Source of the DNA: a virus
Virus record (IMG/VR): IMGVR_UViG_3300045988_155520
Coordinates: 96,001-160,000 of that record
Direction: 5' to 3' (one strand)
DNA length: 64,000 nt
Part shown: piece by piece, positions 55,044-63,440 of the stretch
How positions within the stretch are numbered: the stretch's first letter is position 1
Layout of the letters: every line of letters begins with the position of its first letter
Translations under genes and position numbers: made by a program
The notes under the pieces: generated by a model
Told to the model about the DNA's origin: nothing
Seen by the model: only the letters and a program-made list of their open reading frames with translations
The model's database searches: none

Positions 55044-56879
55044 TTATCTACTTTCTAAAGTTTTAATTCTTTCATCCATCTTATGAATTAATCTTACTAA
55101 TTCATTTTGGAAGTCATAATCTGCAAATGCTTCATGCATACGCTTGTGAAGTACATCGAGAATACCGTTACCAGAGTTATCATAGTTAGCAATGCCTGTT
55201 TCAACATTCTTCAACTCTGATATATAACCTATGTCTTTCGTCAACTTAGTAATCTTCTCAGTTGCTTCAATAAGTTTAGCATCATACTCTCGTTTTAAAT
55301 CGTTTTTCAGTTGAAGTAATTTAGCTTCTACTTCTGGTTTAGAATATACATCTTCTTTGTTAGCTTTATCCCCATCAAGTTTATTAATATCACGAACGAG
55401 GTCGTCCACATTTAGTTCTTTAGCTTTAATGTTAGATTTCCATTTATCTTTCAATAAAGATGTAAGTGGACTAAGTTTCTCATCAAGTTGTGATTCATCT
55501 ACTTTGCCAGCAAGTTTATCATTTAAAACTCTAACTTTATTATCAACAGCAGTAACTTCGTCACGAGTTGCACCGCTAAGTAAAGGCATATACTTATTAG
55601 CTGCTTCCGTCTTGGTTAATAATGTAGGTGATAAGTTTTCTAAAGCATCAACTCTTGCATTTGTGTTATCAAGATTGTCTTTAGTGGCTTTAGAAGCGAC
55701 ATCATTCCTTAATGCTGCTATTGTATCATTAGCCTCAGTTAAAGCCGTTAAATCAGCTTTATTGCGGTTTAAAGTGTTTAAAGTTACTTCCGTTGCGCCA
55801 CTGTAGTTAGCAAATTCATTTTTATCAAGTTTACCGTCTACAACTACCTTTAATGCGTTAAGTTGCTGTCTTTGAACATCTATATTTACTGTATTACCGC
55901 TGATTTTAGTTGATAACTCATTATTCTTATCATCTATACCTCTATTAAGATTACGTAAAGAATCCTCAATATCTGTTTTGTTAGCTTTTACGTTATCCAA
56001 ACGTGTTAACTCAGTATGTACGCCACGTAAATCCTCAGCATTAGTATCAATAAGAGCTTTGAGTTTATCATCTTCCTCTTTACGTACTAATTTTTCATTA
56101 TCAAGATTTTCTTTCTGCGCCTGTATTTTACCTTCAGTATCAACAAAACGAGATGTAACATCATTACCAAGTGCATCTATTCTATCACTTAGTCCTTTCT
56201 CTTTGGTGTCTACCGTTGCAGAAAGAGTATCAATACTACCCTTAAGTTCATTTTCTTTAGTAGTTGCTCTTGTCACTTCTTCCTGAAGTGCGTCTGTATT
56301 TACTTTCTCTGCACCTTTTGCACGTTCAATCTCTTCTGATAGAGCCAACTTATCTGCCTTATCAGAGAATAAATCTATAATACCCTTGCTATTCTTAGCA
56401 ACAGTATCTTTCAAATCACCAAATGTGCAAACATTCTGATTAATATCATCAATAACATCGTAAATACCATTTACAACATCATTAATCGTTTTTACTGATT
56501 CAAGTGGTGCGTACTTACCATCACTTTCTTCTTTAGTATAGTACTTGTCAGGGAATCCGTCTACTTTTTTTGACAATTCAGAAATAGTGTCAGATAATTT
56601 ACCCTCACCTGCAAGTGCATCTATTTTTTCTTTTATAGAATCAATATCATTGGTATTATGTTGTACCTTATCACCTAAATCAGCAATCTTATTAGTGTTA
56701 TTATTAACAGAATCAATAGTTGCCGTAATAGCTGTTTCTACTTGACCAAACTTTCCGTTCAAGTCACCAATTTCTTTATCCTGTCTATCATCAGTGTTAT
56801 GATTAACACTGCAACCACAACCGAAAGAAAAAGGATTAAGTAGATTGCTTTCTCTATATGCCCAATAATTTAAAGCCAT
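55044..56879 (-). CDS. coiled-coil fibre/whisker-like protein
   Basis: 611 aa, long heptad-like D/K/E/L/N-rich sequence. Confidence 0.6.
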   Translation of the reverse strand: MALNYWAYRESNLLNPFSFGCGCSVNHNTDDRQDKEIGDLNGKFGQVETAITATIDSVNNNTNKIADLGDKVQHNTNDIDSIKEKIDALAGEGKLSDTISELSKKVDGFPDKYYTKEESDGKYAPLESVKTINDVVNGIYDVIDDINQNVCTFGDLKDTVAKNSKGIIDLFSDKADKLALSEEIERAKGAEKVNTDALQEEVTRATTKENELKGSIDTLSATVDTKEKGLSDRIDALGNDVTSRFVDTEGKIQAQKENLDNEKLVRKEEDDKLKALIDTNAEDLRGVHTELTRLDNVKANKTDIEDSLRNLNRGIDDKNNELSTKISGNTVNIDVQRQQLNALKVVVDGKLDKNEFANYSGATEVTLNTLNRNKADLTALTEANDTIAALRNDVASKATKDNLDNTNARVDALENLSPTLLTKTEAANKYMPLLSGATRDEVTAVDNKVRVLNDKLAGKVDESQLDEKLSPLTSLLKDKWKSNIKAKELNVDDLVRDINKLDGDKANKEDVYSKPEVEAKLLQLKNDLKREYDAKLIEATEKITKLTKDIGYISELKNVETGIANYDNSGNGILDVLHKRMHEAFADYDFQNELVRLIHKMDERIKTLESR

Positions 56880-56909
56880 TATGTATACGTTGTTTATAAT
56901 ATTTATTAC

Positions 56910-56925
56910 ATATAAATATTTATAT
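56910..56925. promoter_or_regulatory. perfect 16-nt palindrome ATATAAATATTTATAT giving TATAAATA on both strands
   Basis: Sits nearly midway between the divergent ATGs at 56879 (-) and 56955 (+). Confidence 0.4.
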
Positions 56926-56954
56926 AATAGGTAAAACGTGCCAATTTAATCAAA

Positions 56955-57185
56955 ATGGAGAAAATTAAATTTCAAGAAGGAGATTACATCATTAATAGAA
57001 AATGTGGTGATATGGCTATATTTGACAAAGTTGATAAAAAAGGCTACATCTGGTTCAAGAAATATTATGGTAAAATGTTTCAAGAATTTAAAGATATAAC
57101 AAAATTCACTTTACAAATAAATTACCAAAAGTTCTATGATATATGTACACCAGAAGAAAAAGATATATTTAAAAAGATATTATGA
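56955..57185 (+). CDS. small hypothetical protein
   Basis: 76 aa; its stop overlaps the next start (ATGA). Confidence 0.5.
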   Translation: MEKIKFQEGDYIINRKCGDMAIFDKVDKKGYIWFKKYYGKMFQEFKDITKFTLQINYQKFYDICTPEEKDIFKKIL

Positions 57186-57637
57186 AACATTTAACAGAAT
57201 GTATTATTAAAAATATTATAACAGAAATATCTGGACATAATATATTATATATTGGTTTGTTACTTGATGACAAATCAAAAGATAGACTATTAAATATTAC
57301 AGAAAGTGTAGTCGGAAATTGTGCAATTAAAGATGCTAAAATATTCTGTCATCACATGACCATTGCTTTTAAAAATAACATAAGTCAAGGACTTTTAGAG
57401 TGGGCGGAAGAACATGAAGGGGAAGAATATGAAATAATTGTCAACAAGATAGGTTTAAGTAATAAAGCGTGTGCTGTTAGTATAAAAACAGATTGTCCAT
57501 CGCTTAATCAAATAAAACATATCACACTGTTTACTCATAATGGTGGTAAACCCGTAGATAGTAACTATATAGAAGACTGGGACTTTGTTACACCATTTAA
57601 ATTAAATGGTTACATTAAAATAGTACGTAAATTTTAA
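57182..57637 (+). CDS. 2H phosphoesterase superfamily protein (LigT/Acb1-like)
   Basis: Two H-x-T motifs: CHHMTIAF (H58, T60) and KHITLFTH (H113, T115), in a 151-aa protein. Confidence 0.55.
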   Translation: MKHLTECIIKNIITEISGHNILYIGLLLDDKSKDRLLNITESVVGNCAIKDAKIFCHHMTIAFKNNISQGLLEWAEEHEGEEYEIIVNKIGLSNKACAVSIKTDCPSLNQIKHITLFTHNGGKPVDSNYIEDWDFVTPFKLNGYIKIVRKF

Positions 57638-57654
57638 TTAATTAACGGTTTAAA

Positions 57655-57686
57655 TTTGCATATAATAAAAAATTTATATACTTTTG
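57655..57686 (+). promoter_or_regulatory. Bacteroidota-type promoter TTTG-N20-TACTTTTG-CA
   Basis: -33 TTTG at 57655-57658 and -7 box at 57679-57686, with exactly 20 nt between them. 26 nt upstream of the ATG at 57713. Confidence 0.65.
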
Positions 57687-57712
57687 CAAATCAAATATTC
57701 ACATAAATAGAT

Positions 57713-57832
57713 ATGGAAAAGATAAAAGATTTTATTTCGTGTATGATTTCTCCTACGGCATTCATGTTAATGTGTTTTGTGCTTATTATATTTTATCTAT
57801 TGATACAATTCACAATAAAGATAGTTTTATAG
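57713..57832 (+). CDS. 39-aa hydrophobic peptide ORF below the track cutoff
   Basis: MEKIKDFISCMISPTAFMLMCFVLIIFYLLIQFTIKIVL, directly downstream of a host-type promoter. Confidence 0.35.
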   Translation: MEKIKDFISCMISPTAFMLMCFVLIIFYLLIQFTIKIVL

Positions 57833-57845
57833 ATTTTAAATAGTT

Positions 57846-57989
57846 ATGTATATTAGTTACGAAGAATACAAACGCATTAAAGAAGAATTGTATAGAAGGA
57901 TGCGTGGTGAGCTAACTGAAGAAGAGAAGAAACAGAAAGAAGAAACCGAAAAATCGGCTAAACGCTTTGATATAATTTGGGAATTATAG
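57846..57989 (+). CDS. 47-aa charged peptide ORF below the track cutoff
   Basis: MYISYEEYKRIKEELYRRMRGELTEEEKKQKEETEKSAKRFDIIWEL. Confidence 0.3.
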   Translation: MYISYEEYKRIKEELYRRMRGELTEEEKKQKEETEKSAKRFDIIWEL

Positions 57990-58064
57990 TTTTATGATAG
58001 CATAAGTTATTGTAAATAAGAAGATTATAGTTTACTCACGACAATTATTTCGGTAGCAAAAGTT

Positions 58065-58090
58065 AAAAGGAGGTTTTCACACCTCCTTTT
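58065..58090 (-). terminator. hairpin overlapping the stop of 58077-59789
   Basis: AAAAGGAGGT-6 nt-ACCTCCTTTT. Confidence 0.45.
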
Positions 58091-59789
58091 TCCATATATA
58101 TCTAAACAAACCGCAGTCCCATATTTTATATGCACCAATTTCTTTCGTCATTTCATTCTCTGTTAATGATAAAGGTAAACCGTATTTCTTATGTAATTTA
58201 CTTTTTCTAAAATTGAATTTATGTAATCTATGTGTAGAACTGACTGACGGCATATAATAACGATAATCTGGCGGTAATGTTTTATCTAACTTAAATCCAA
58301 GTAATGTATATAAATTACTATCAGGCATTAATGTCCATCTTCTATCTGCAAATGTCTTGATAAAAGTAGGGTTATATGAATTAAAGAAATATTTAAACAT
58401 CTTTCCACCGATACCAGAACAATTATATTGAATATCACTTGCAAATCTGGTTAAATTCCAAGCATTATCATTCTCTTTCAAAAAAGACATAACACCAACT
58501 AATTTCTCATTAAAGAAACATCCTAAATAAATTGATGATGAAACAAACCCTTGTATATGGTTATTATTCAAAAATGTTTCCGCTACATTCTTATCAATCT
58601 CATTAATATAACACTTTCTACCGTAAATCTTAGGAAAATCCTTATTACATTTAACTATATGTAAAATTTTGTTTAAAACTAATTCTTTATTATTTATAAA
58701 TTCATCTTCAAAGATTGTTATCAAATTAATTCCTTTATCATTACATCTCTGTAATTTATCAAGATGATATGTCTTATCAACACCACATAATTCCGAATGC
58801 CATCTAATTCCATTATATTCTATTGCAATATTCAAAGACGGTATATAAATATCTAATTCTTTTCCATTAAGTACTTTTCTATCATGTCTAATAAATTCAA
58901 CAGATAAATGTTCTTCCAAAAAATTATAGATTTCAGTTTCTGCTTTTGAAACTAAATTAGCACATTTAGGACAACCACTTCCTCTTAAATGATTGCGTGG
59001 GTCTTGAGTAAATAAACCATGTGTAGGACAAACGATATTTACTAAATTCTTTCTATTGATATATCCAATATTTTCATAAGAATACTTATCGTTATGAATA
59101 ATATTAGCTTGATTAATAAAATCATCTGTTCTTTTTAATAAAGATAATTTACTCTTTTCAACTTCATTTAATTTGTTATTCTCAACCTTACATAGTGGAC
59201 ATCCATGACCTTTTAAATGTAATATTGGTAACTGATAAAAAAGACCATGTTCTTTACAAATTATAGCAATCTTTGTCCTTGCGTTAACATAATTAACTTT
59301 AGTGTAATCATACTTATCTCCATGAATTGTCTTAGCTTCTTGAATCCATGATTCAGTATCATAAGTCTTACAGAACTTACTATAACAAGAACATCCATGT
59401 CCAGCTAAATGACTATTAGGAAGTTGGTAGAATACATTACTACAATTCTTGCATATTATTTTTACTTTTGTCTTAGCATCCTTATAACATGCTTCTGAAT
59501 AATCATACTTATCTCCATGAACAGAAATTGCTTCAGAAATAAATTCTTCCGTTGTTTTTTTCTTTCTACCACCAGCATGAGGTGAGTTTGTGTGAATGAT
59601 TTTAATCTGTTCTATATTACTCTGTTTCCCTATCTTCTTCATAGGGATAGAATTATTCAACAGAATATTTTTAACTTTAACTTTTCCAATATGAAATTTA
59701 TCGGCAATATAATTGACACCATGATTTGTTGATGTATATATATTGCAAATCTCTTTTTCTTGTTCGGATGTTAAAGTAATCTTTTTCAT
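58077..59789 (-). CDS. homing-endonuclease-like multidomain protein (HTH + 3 Zn-ribbon repeats + PD-(D/E)XK core + conserved C-terminal module)
   Basis: Three repeats of HGDKYDYSxxxYxxAxTKxxIICKxHGxFxQLPxxHLxGHGCPxC. Core is ELDIYIPSLNIAIEYNGIRWH. The first ATG (MKKITL) is at 59789. Paralog of 5157-7061. Confidence 0.6.
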   Translation of the reverse strand: MKKITLTSEQEKEICNIYTSTNHGVNYIADKFHIGKVKVKNILLNNSIPMKKIGKQSNIEQIKIIHTNSPHAGGRKKKTTEEFISEAISVHGDKYDYSEACYKDAKTKVKIICKNCSNVFYQLPNSHLAGHGCSCYSKFCKTYDTESWIQEAKTIHGDKYDYTKVNYVNARTKIAIICKEHGLFYQLPILHLKGHGCPLCKVENNKLNEVEKSKLSLLKRTDDFINQANIIHNDKYSYENIGYINRKNLVNIVCPTHGLFTQDPRNHLRGSGCPKCANLVSKAETEIYNFLEEHLSVEFIRHDRKVLNGKELDIYIPSLNIAIEYNGIRWHSELCGVDKTYHLDKLQRCNDKGINLITIFEDEFINNKELVLNKILHIVKCNKDFPKIYGRKCYINEIDKNVAETFLNNNHIQGFVSSSIYLGCFFNEKLVGVMSFLKENDNAWNLTRFASDIQYNCSGIGGKMFKYFFNSYNPTFIKTFADRRWTLMPDSNLYTLLGFKLDKTLPPDYRYYMPSVSSTHRLHKFNFRKSKLHKKYGLPLSLTENEMTKEIGAYKIWDCGLFRYIWKKEV

Positions 59790-59794
59790 GTTTG

Positions 59795-59826
59795 CAAAGA
59801 TACAAATAAAAAATAAAAGAAACAAA
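59795..59826 (-). promoter_or_regulatory. Bacteroidota-type promoter TTTG-N20-TATCTTTG-CA on the minus strand
   Basis: -7 box is the complement of 59795-59802 and -33 the complement of 59823-59826, with exactly 20 nt between them. Only 5 nt separate the box from the ATG at 59789. Confidence 0.65.
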
Positions 59827-59828
59827 AA

Positions 59829-59853
59829 AGAGAGGAACTTTTGATTCCTCTCT
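59829..59853 (-). terminator. intrinsic terminator after the major capsid gene
   Basis: Minus strand reads AGAGGAA-caaaag-TTCCTCT extended to 9 bp, followed by TTTTTTG. Confidence 0.65.
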
Positions 59854-59876
59854 TAATATTTCGTAAACCTTTCGGC

Positions 59877-61901
59877 TTAGCGGAACTCAGAAATTGGCCA
59901 GTGTACGAGACCGTCAACACGAATGTGACCGTAGTAACGGTTGTTAACCATCTTCTTAGCATAACGGGTCATGATACCCTTAACAGGTGCAAAGTTGAAT
60001 GGGTTGAACATTGTAGGCGTCAAACTCATTGGTACATATGGTGCATAAATGTAACCAGTGTCAAGCAATGACTTACCCTTATGACCGATTATGATACTCC
60101 AGTGAGGTGCATATGGGTCACGATATACCTGATAACGACCACTCAAAGCACCGATGCGCTCGATACCCATGTTGTACTGGTCAGACTCAGCACTTGCGTC
60201 TGAAACGTGGAAGTACTCAAGGTTGTCGAAGAGTGCAGAAATCTCAGAAGAAACTACGATAAAGTTAGCACCACCACGAAGTGTTGACTTGTGAATCTGT
60301 GCAGAAATCTGATTTACCTTAGTCATCAACTCCTGATTCCAGTCTTTCTGTGTATAGTTAGTTGAGAATGCAGCCATACGTCTCCAGCCGTTAACATCCC
60401 AACGTGCCTGCCAAGGTGCACCCTTACGGAGGTCACGAAGAATCTCACGGTCAATCTCAGCAGCAATCTGCTCTGAAAGGATAGCTGTCAACTCAGCCTC
60501 AGCATCAATATTGTGGAATGCAGAAACGTCCTGTGCCAACTCTGGAGACCATGTTGCACGGAGTTTACGCTCCTCAACTGATACAGTAACTGCATCCATC
60601 TTGAATGAAACCTCACCAATTTCAGTCTCAAGTTCGAGTGAATCATACTGTGCCCAAGCTACCTTAAATAGCTGTGCCATATTTGCTTTGCTCTGAGTTT
60701 CATCATTAGCTACGATAGCAGCGTCTAACTCATCAGCATCAACACCTACATAGCCGTCAATTGTACCAGCCTGCTGTGCACATGTCTTAGCGAGGTCAAT
60801 CTCAATATACATCTTACCTTCAGCATCACAGATAGAACCGTACTCTACAATACCCTTACCATACTTCTGTGTAGCAACACGGAAAGGAACAGACTCATAC
60901 TTCTTGAAAGCTGCAGTCTTTACGTTACCACCAGCAATCTGCTTAGAAGCAATCTCTTTAGTTGTGATAACCTTGAGAGATGCGAGGAAGCCTTCTGTAT
61001 CCATCTCGTTACCATCAGGACCAGTTAAACGAGCTGCATTGAAAGCTGAGAAACCGTCAATCTGAAGAATAAGGTTACGGATTGTACCGTCAAAACCACT
61101 TCTCTCATACTCTTTAACGTTTGTACCTGTGAATGGACGCATACCAGCTGCAGTGCGAACTACAGGGAGTGCATTACCAACCTTAAGAGTTACCTTACCC
61201 TTAGAATTATCATAAAGGAAGTCATTGTAGAACAAGTCGTAAAGAGACTTCTCGAAGTACTCAGTTACCTCTGGACCAGCCTGACGAAGTGCCTCAACAC
61301 CAAGTTTAGCAGCCTTTGCTTTTGCAAGTGCAGCTGCATAAGTTGTACCCTGTGTATAATCCTCGCCCAACTGTGGTACATACCACTTCTCTTTATCCAA
61401 CTGTGATACAACCTCATCTGGCAAGTAGTAACGTGGCTCAACACGTCCTTCTCTATTGCGATTAACACGGTCATAGCCCATAAGACCCTTATGACGACCA
61501 GTAGTACCATCTACGATATCTGCTGGGTCCAACTGCTGTGCACCTGTAGGAAGTTCAAACTCTCTCTGTGATGTTACAGGAAGCAAGAAGAAGAGCTTAC
61601 CTACTGGGAGGTTCATAGCCTGAACTGATACAACATCGTTAGCAAGTAACTTGCTGAATACACGACGAATAATTGGGAAAACTACAGTTTCAAATGAACC
61701 AGAGTTATCTGAAGCAGTAGCCTCGCTAATAAGGTGCTTAGCCTCATTTTCATACAACGTAGCAACATTCTCTTTGATTGCACCCTCAAGACCCTCTGTA
61801 AAGCCGAGTGAGTCCCAACGCTTCTGAATGTCTTCACGTATCTTCTTTTGCATGTTCAGCTCGATATTGCCGACCTGACCGCTTGTTAAAAATTCTTTCA
61901 T
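59877..61901 (-). CDS. major capsid protein (T4 gp23-like)
   Basis: ERKLRATWSPELAQDVSAFHNIDAEAELTAILSEQIAAEIDREI parallels gp23 SRQLKAAYSIELAQDLRAVHGMDADAELSGILATEIMLEINREV. C-terminus RYQVYRDPYA..GYIYAPYVP..FAPVKGIMTRY parallels KYRVYIDQYA..GIYYAPYVA..FQPVMGFKTRY. Confidence 0.95.
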   Translation of the reverse strand: MKEFLTSGQVGNIELNMQKKIREDIQKRWDSLGFTEGLEGAIKENVATLYENEAKHLISEATASDNSGSFETVVFPIIRRVFSKLLANDVVSVQAMNLPVGKLFFLLPVTSQREFELPTGAQQLDPADIVDGTTGRHKGLMGYDRVNRNREGRVEPRYYLPDEVVSQLDKEKWYVPQLGEDYTQGTTYAAALAKAKAAKLGVEALRQAGPEVTEYFEKSLYDLFYNDFLYDNSKGKVTLKVGNALPVVRTAAGMRPFTGTNVKEYERSGFDGTIRNLILQIDGFSAFNAARLTGPDGNEMDTEGFLASLKVITTKEIASKQIAGGNVKTAAFKKYESVPFRVATQKYGKGIVEYGSICDAEGKMYIEIDLAKTCAQQAGTIDGYVGVDADELDAAIVANDETQSKANMAQLFKVAWAQYDSLELETEIGEVSFKMDAVTVSVEERKLRATWSPELAQDVSAFHNIDAEAELTAILSEQIAAEIDREILRDLRKGAPWQARWDVNGWRRMAAFSTNYTQKDWNQELMTKVNQISAQIHKSTLRGGANFIVVSSEISALFDNLEYFHVSDASAESDQYNMGIERIGALSGRYQVYRDPYAPHWSIIIGHKGKSLLDTGYIYAPYVPMSLTPTMFNPFNFAPVKGIMTRYAKKMVNNRYYGHIRVDGLVHWPISEFR

Positions 61902-62030
61902 TAGTTAAATGAATTATTAATAATTATTTAATTTATTTCTTTTAAAAGAGTTTGAAATAATCAAAAGATTAAATCTTTATGAGTAAAACTCAATGGGATA
62001 ACTCATCATCCTCAGATTATATATTTGATT

Positions 62031-63440
62031 TTATACTCTACTTAATCTGTGCATTAAATCAAGAGATTCCAAAAGGTCTGCTGACTTATAAATTGGTGTC
62101 TCATTAATCTGCTTAGAACTTGTTGCACTGATATTAGCTGACTCTGTGATGTTCATCTTGTTAGCCTTTTTCAAGTTACGAGAAATATTCTCATACAAGT
62201 TCTTAGATTGTTCGATTGTTTTTGCCTCCTTGCCAAATCGTGCAATGATTTCCTTTTTCTCATCTTGAGATGTTGTATTTTCAGAAATCAACTTAATAAT
62301 TTGTCCAAGGTTGACATTTGTAACTGCTGCTTCCTGCAGAACTTTCTTGAACTTAACAAGAGTTTTCTTAAGTTCTTTATTCTCGTTGAAAATCTTATTA
62401 GCTTTACGAATAATTGATTCGTTAGTTTCACGAGATTCAGATTCTGCGCTGTAACGTGGTACAACAGTACCTTTACCAGAGTTACGAGCTTTTCTACCAC
62501 TTGAATTTGGTACGTGAGATTTAGAAGTTGAATTTTGCTGAACGAACCCACCTACGTTTGTAGCTTCCTCAATATCATCAGCATAAATTTCAAAAATTGT
62601 TTCATCTTTTGACTTCTTGCATCCCTCTGCAAATGGTTGATTCTCTGATTTACTATTCTTCTTACCAGACCAAGGTTTCTCTGAACCTTTAGATTTCAGT
62701 CCCTCAGAACCCCAATCTTTAGAATCCTTTTCATCTGCGACAGGAAGACCTTTAGTATCAAGTACATCATTCTTCTGGTAATTGTCAGTGTAACCTGCAT
62801 GTGAATCATACTCATTTAAAGCAAGTTCATAGATAGTTTCATTTGACTCATTTACACCAGATTCATTACCCATGTCAATAAGGTATTCAGCGCCAGTCTC
62901 ATTATCTTTCAGACTAACCTTGTTATCATCACCCTTATTAACCATAACCTGGTCATCGTCAGACAGCAATTTGTAAACTTTTACGATTTCATCGTCATCC
63001 GCTTCTGAGAAGTCATACTCATCATCTCCGACCTTATACTTTTCAAATGATGCCCATTCGTCACCATCTTCATCTGTACCGTTTTCAACTTTCTCAACCT
63101 CATCACCAGCACCCTCTGGTGTTACAGTAACATCTACAGTTGTATCGTCATCATCGGTATCAGAAGAACTTTCTGTGTCATCTTCAACTTGAGTTTCCTC
63201 AGTATCAGAATCATCCTCAGCATCATCTGCTGCCAGAGCTGCAGTATCTTCCACTTCCTCTTTATCATACTCATCCTCATCTTCCTCAGCGAGGATTCTT
63301 GCGTATGTATCACGTACTGTTTCAGAAAGAATATCCTTCACAGCATTTTCCGTATTTTCTTTCAGAGTTTGTGCAAGATTGTTATAACTCTCTAAAGAGT
63401 CTTTAACAGCTTTGCCTCTAATGTTATTAGTTTTCTTCAT
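62031..63440 (-). CDS. scaffold/prohead core-like acidic protein
   Basis: 469 aa with a D/E-rich N-terminal half, immediately upstream of and co-oriented with the capsid gene, as T4 gp22 is with gp23. Confidence 0.45.
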   Translation of the reverse strand: MKKTNNIRGKAVKDSLESYNNLAQTLKENTENAVKDILSETVRDTYARILAEEDEDEYDKEEVEDTAALAADDAEDDSDTEETQVEDDTESSSDTDDDDTTVDVTVTPEGAGDEVEKVENGTDEDGDEWASFEKYKVGDDEYDFSEADDDEIVKVYKLLSDDDQVMVNKGDDNKVSLKDNETGAEYLIDMGNESGVNESNETIYELALNEYDSHAGYTDNYQKNDVLDTKGLPVADEKDSKDWGSEGLKSKGSEKPWSGKKNSKSENQPFAEGCKKSKDETIFEIYADDIEEATNVGGFVQQNSTSKSHVPNSSGRKARNSGKGTVVPRYSAESESRETNESIIRKANKIFNENKELKKTLVKFKKVLQEAAVTNVNLGQIIKLISENTTSQDEKKEIIARFGKEAKTIEQSKNLYENISRNLKKANKMNITESANISATSSKQINETPIYKSADLLESLDLMHRLSRV

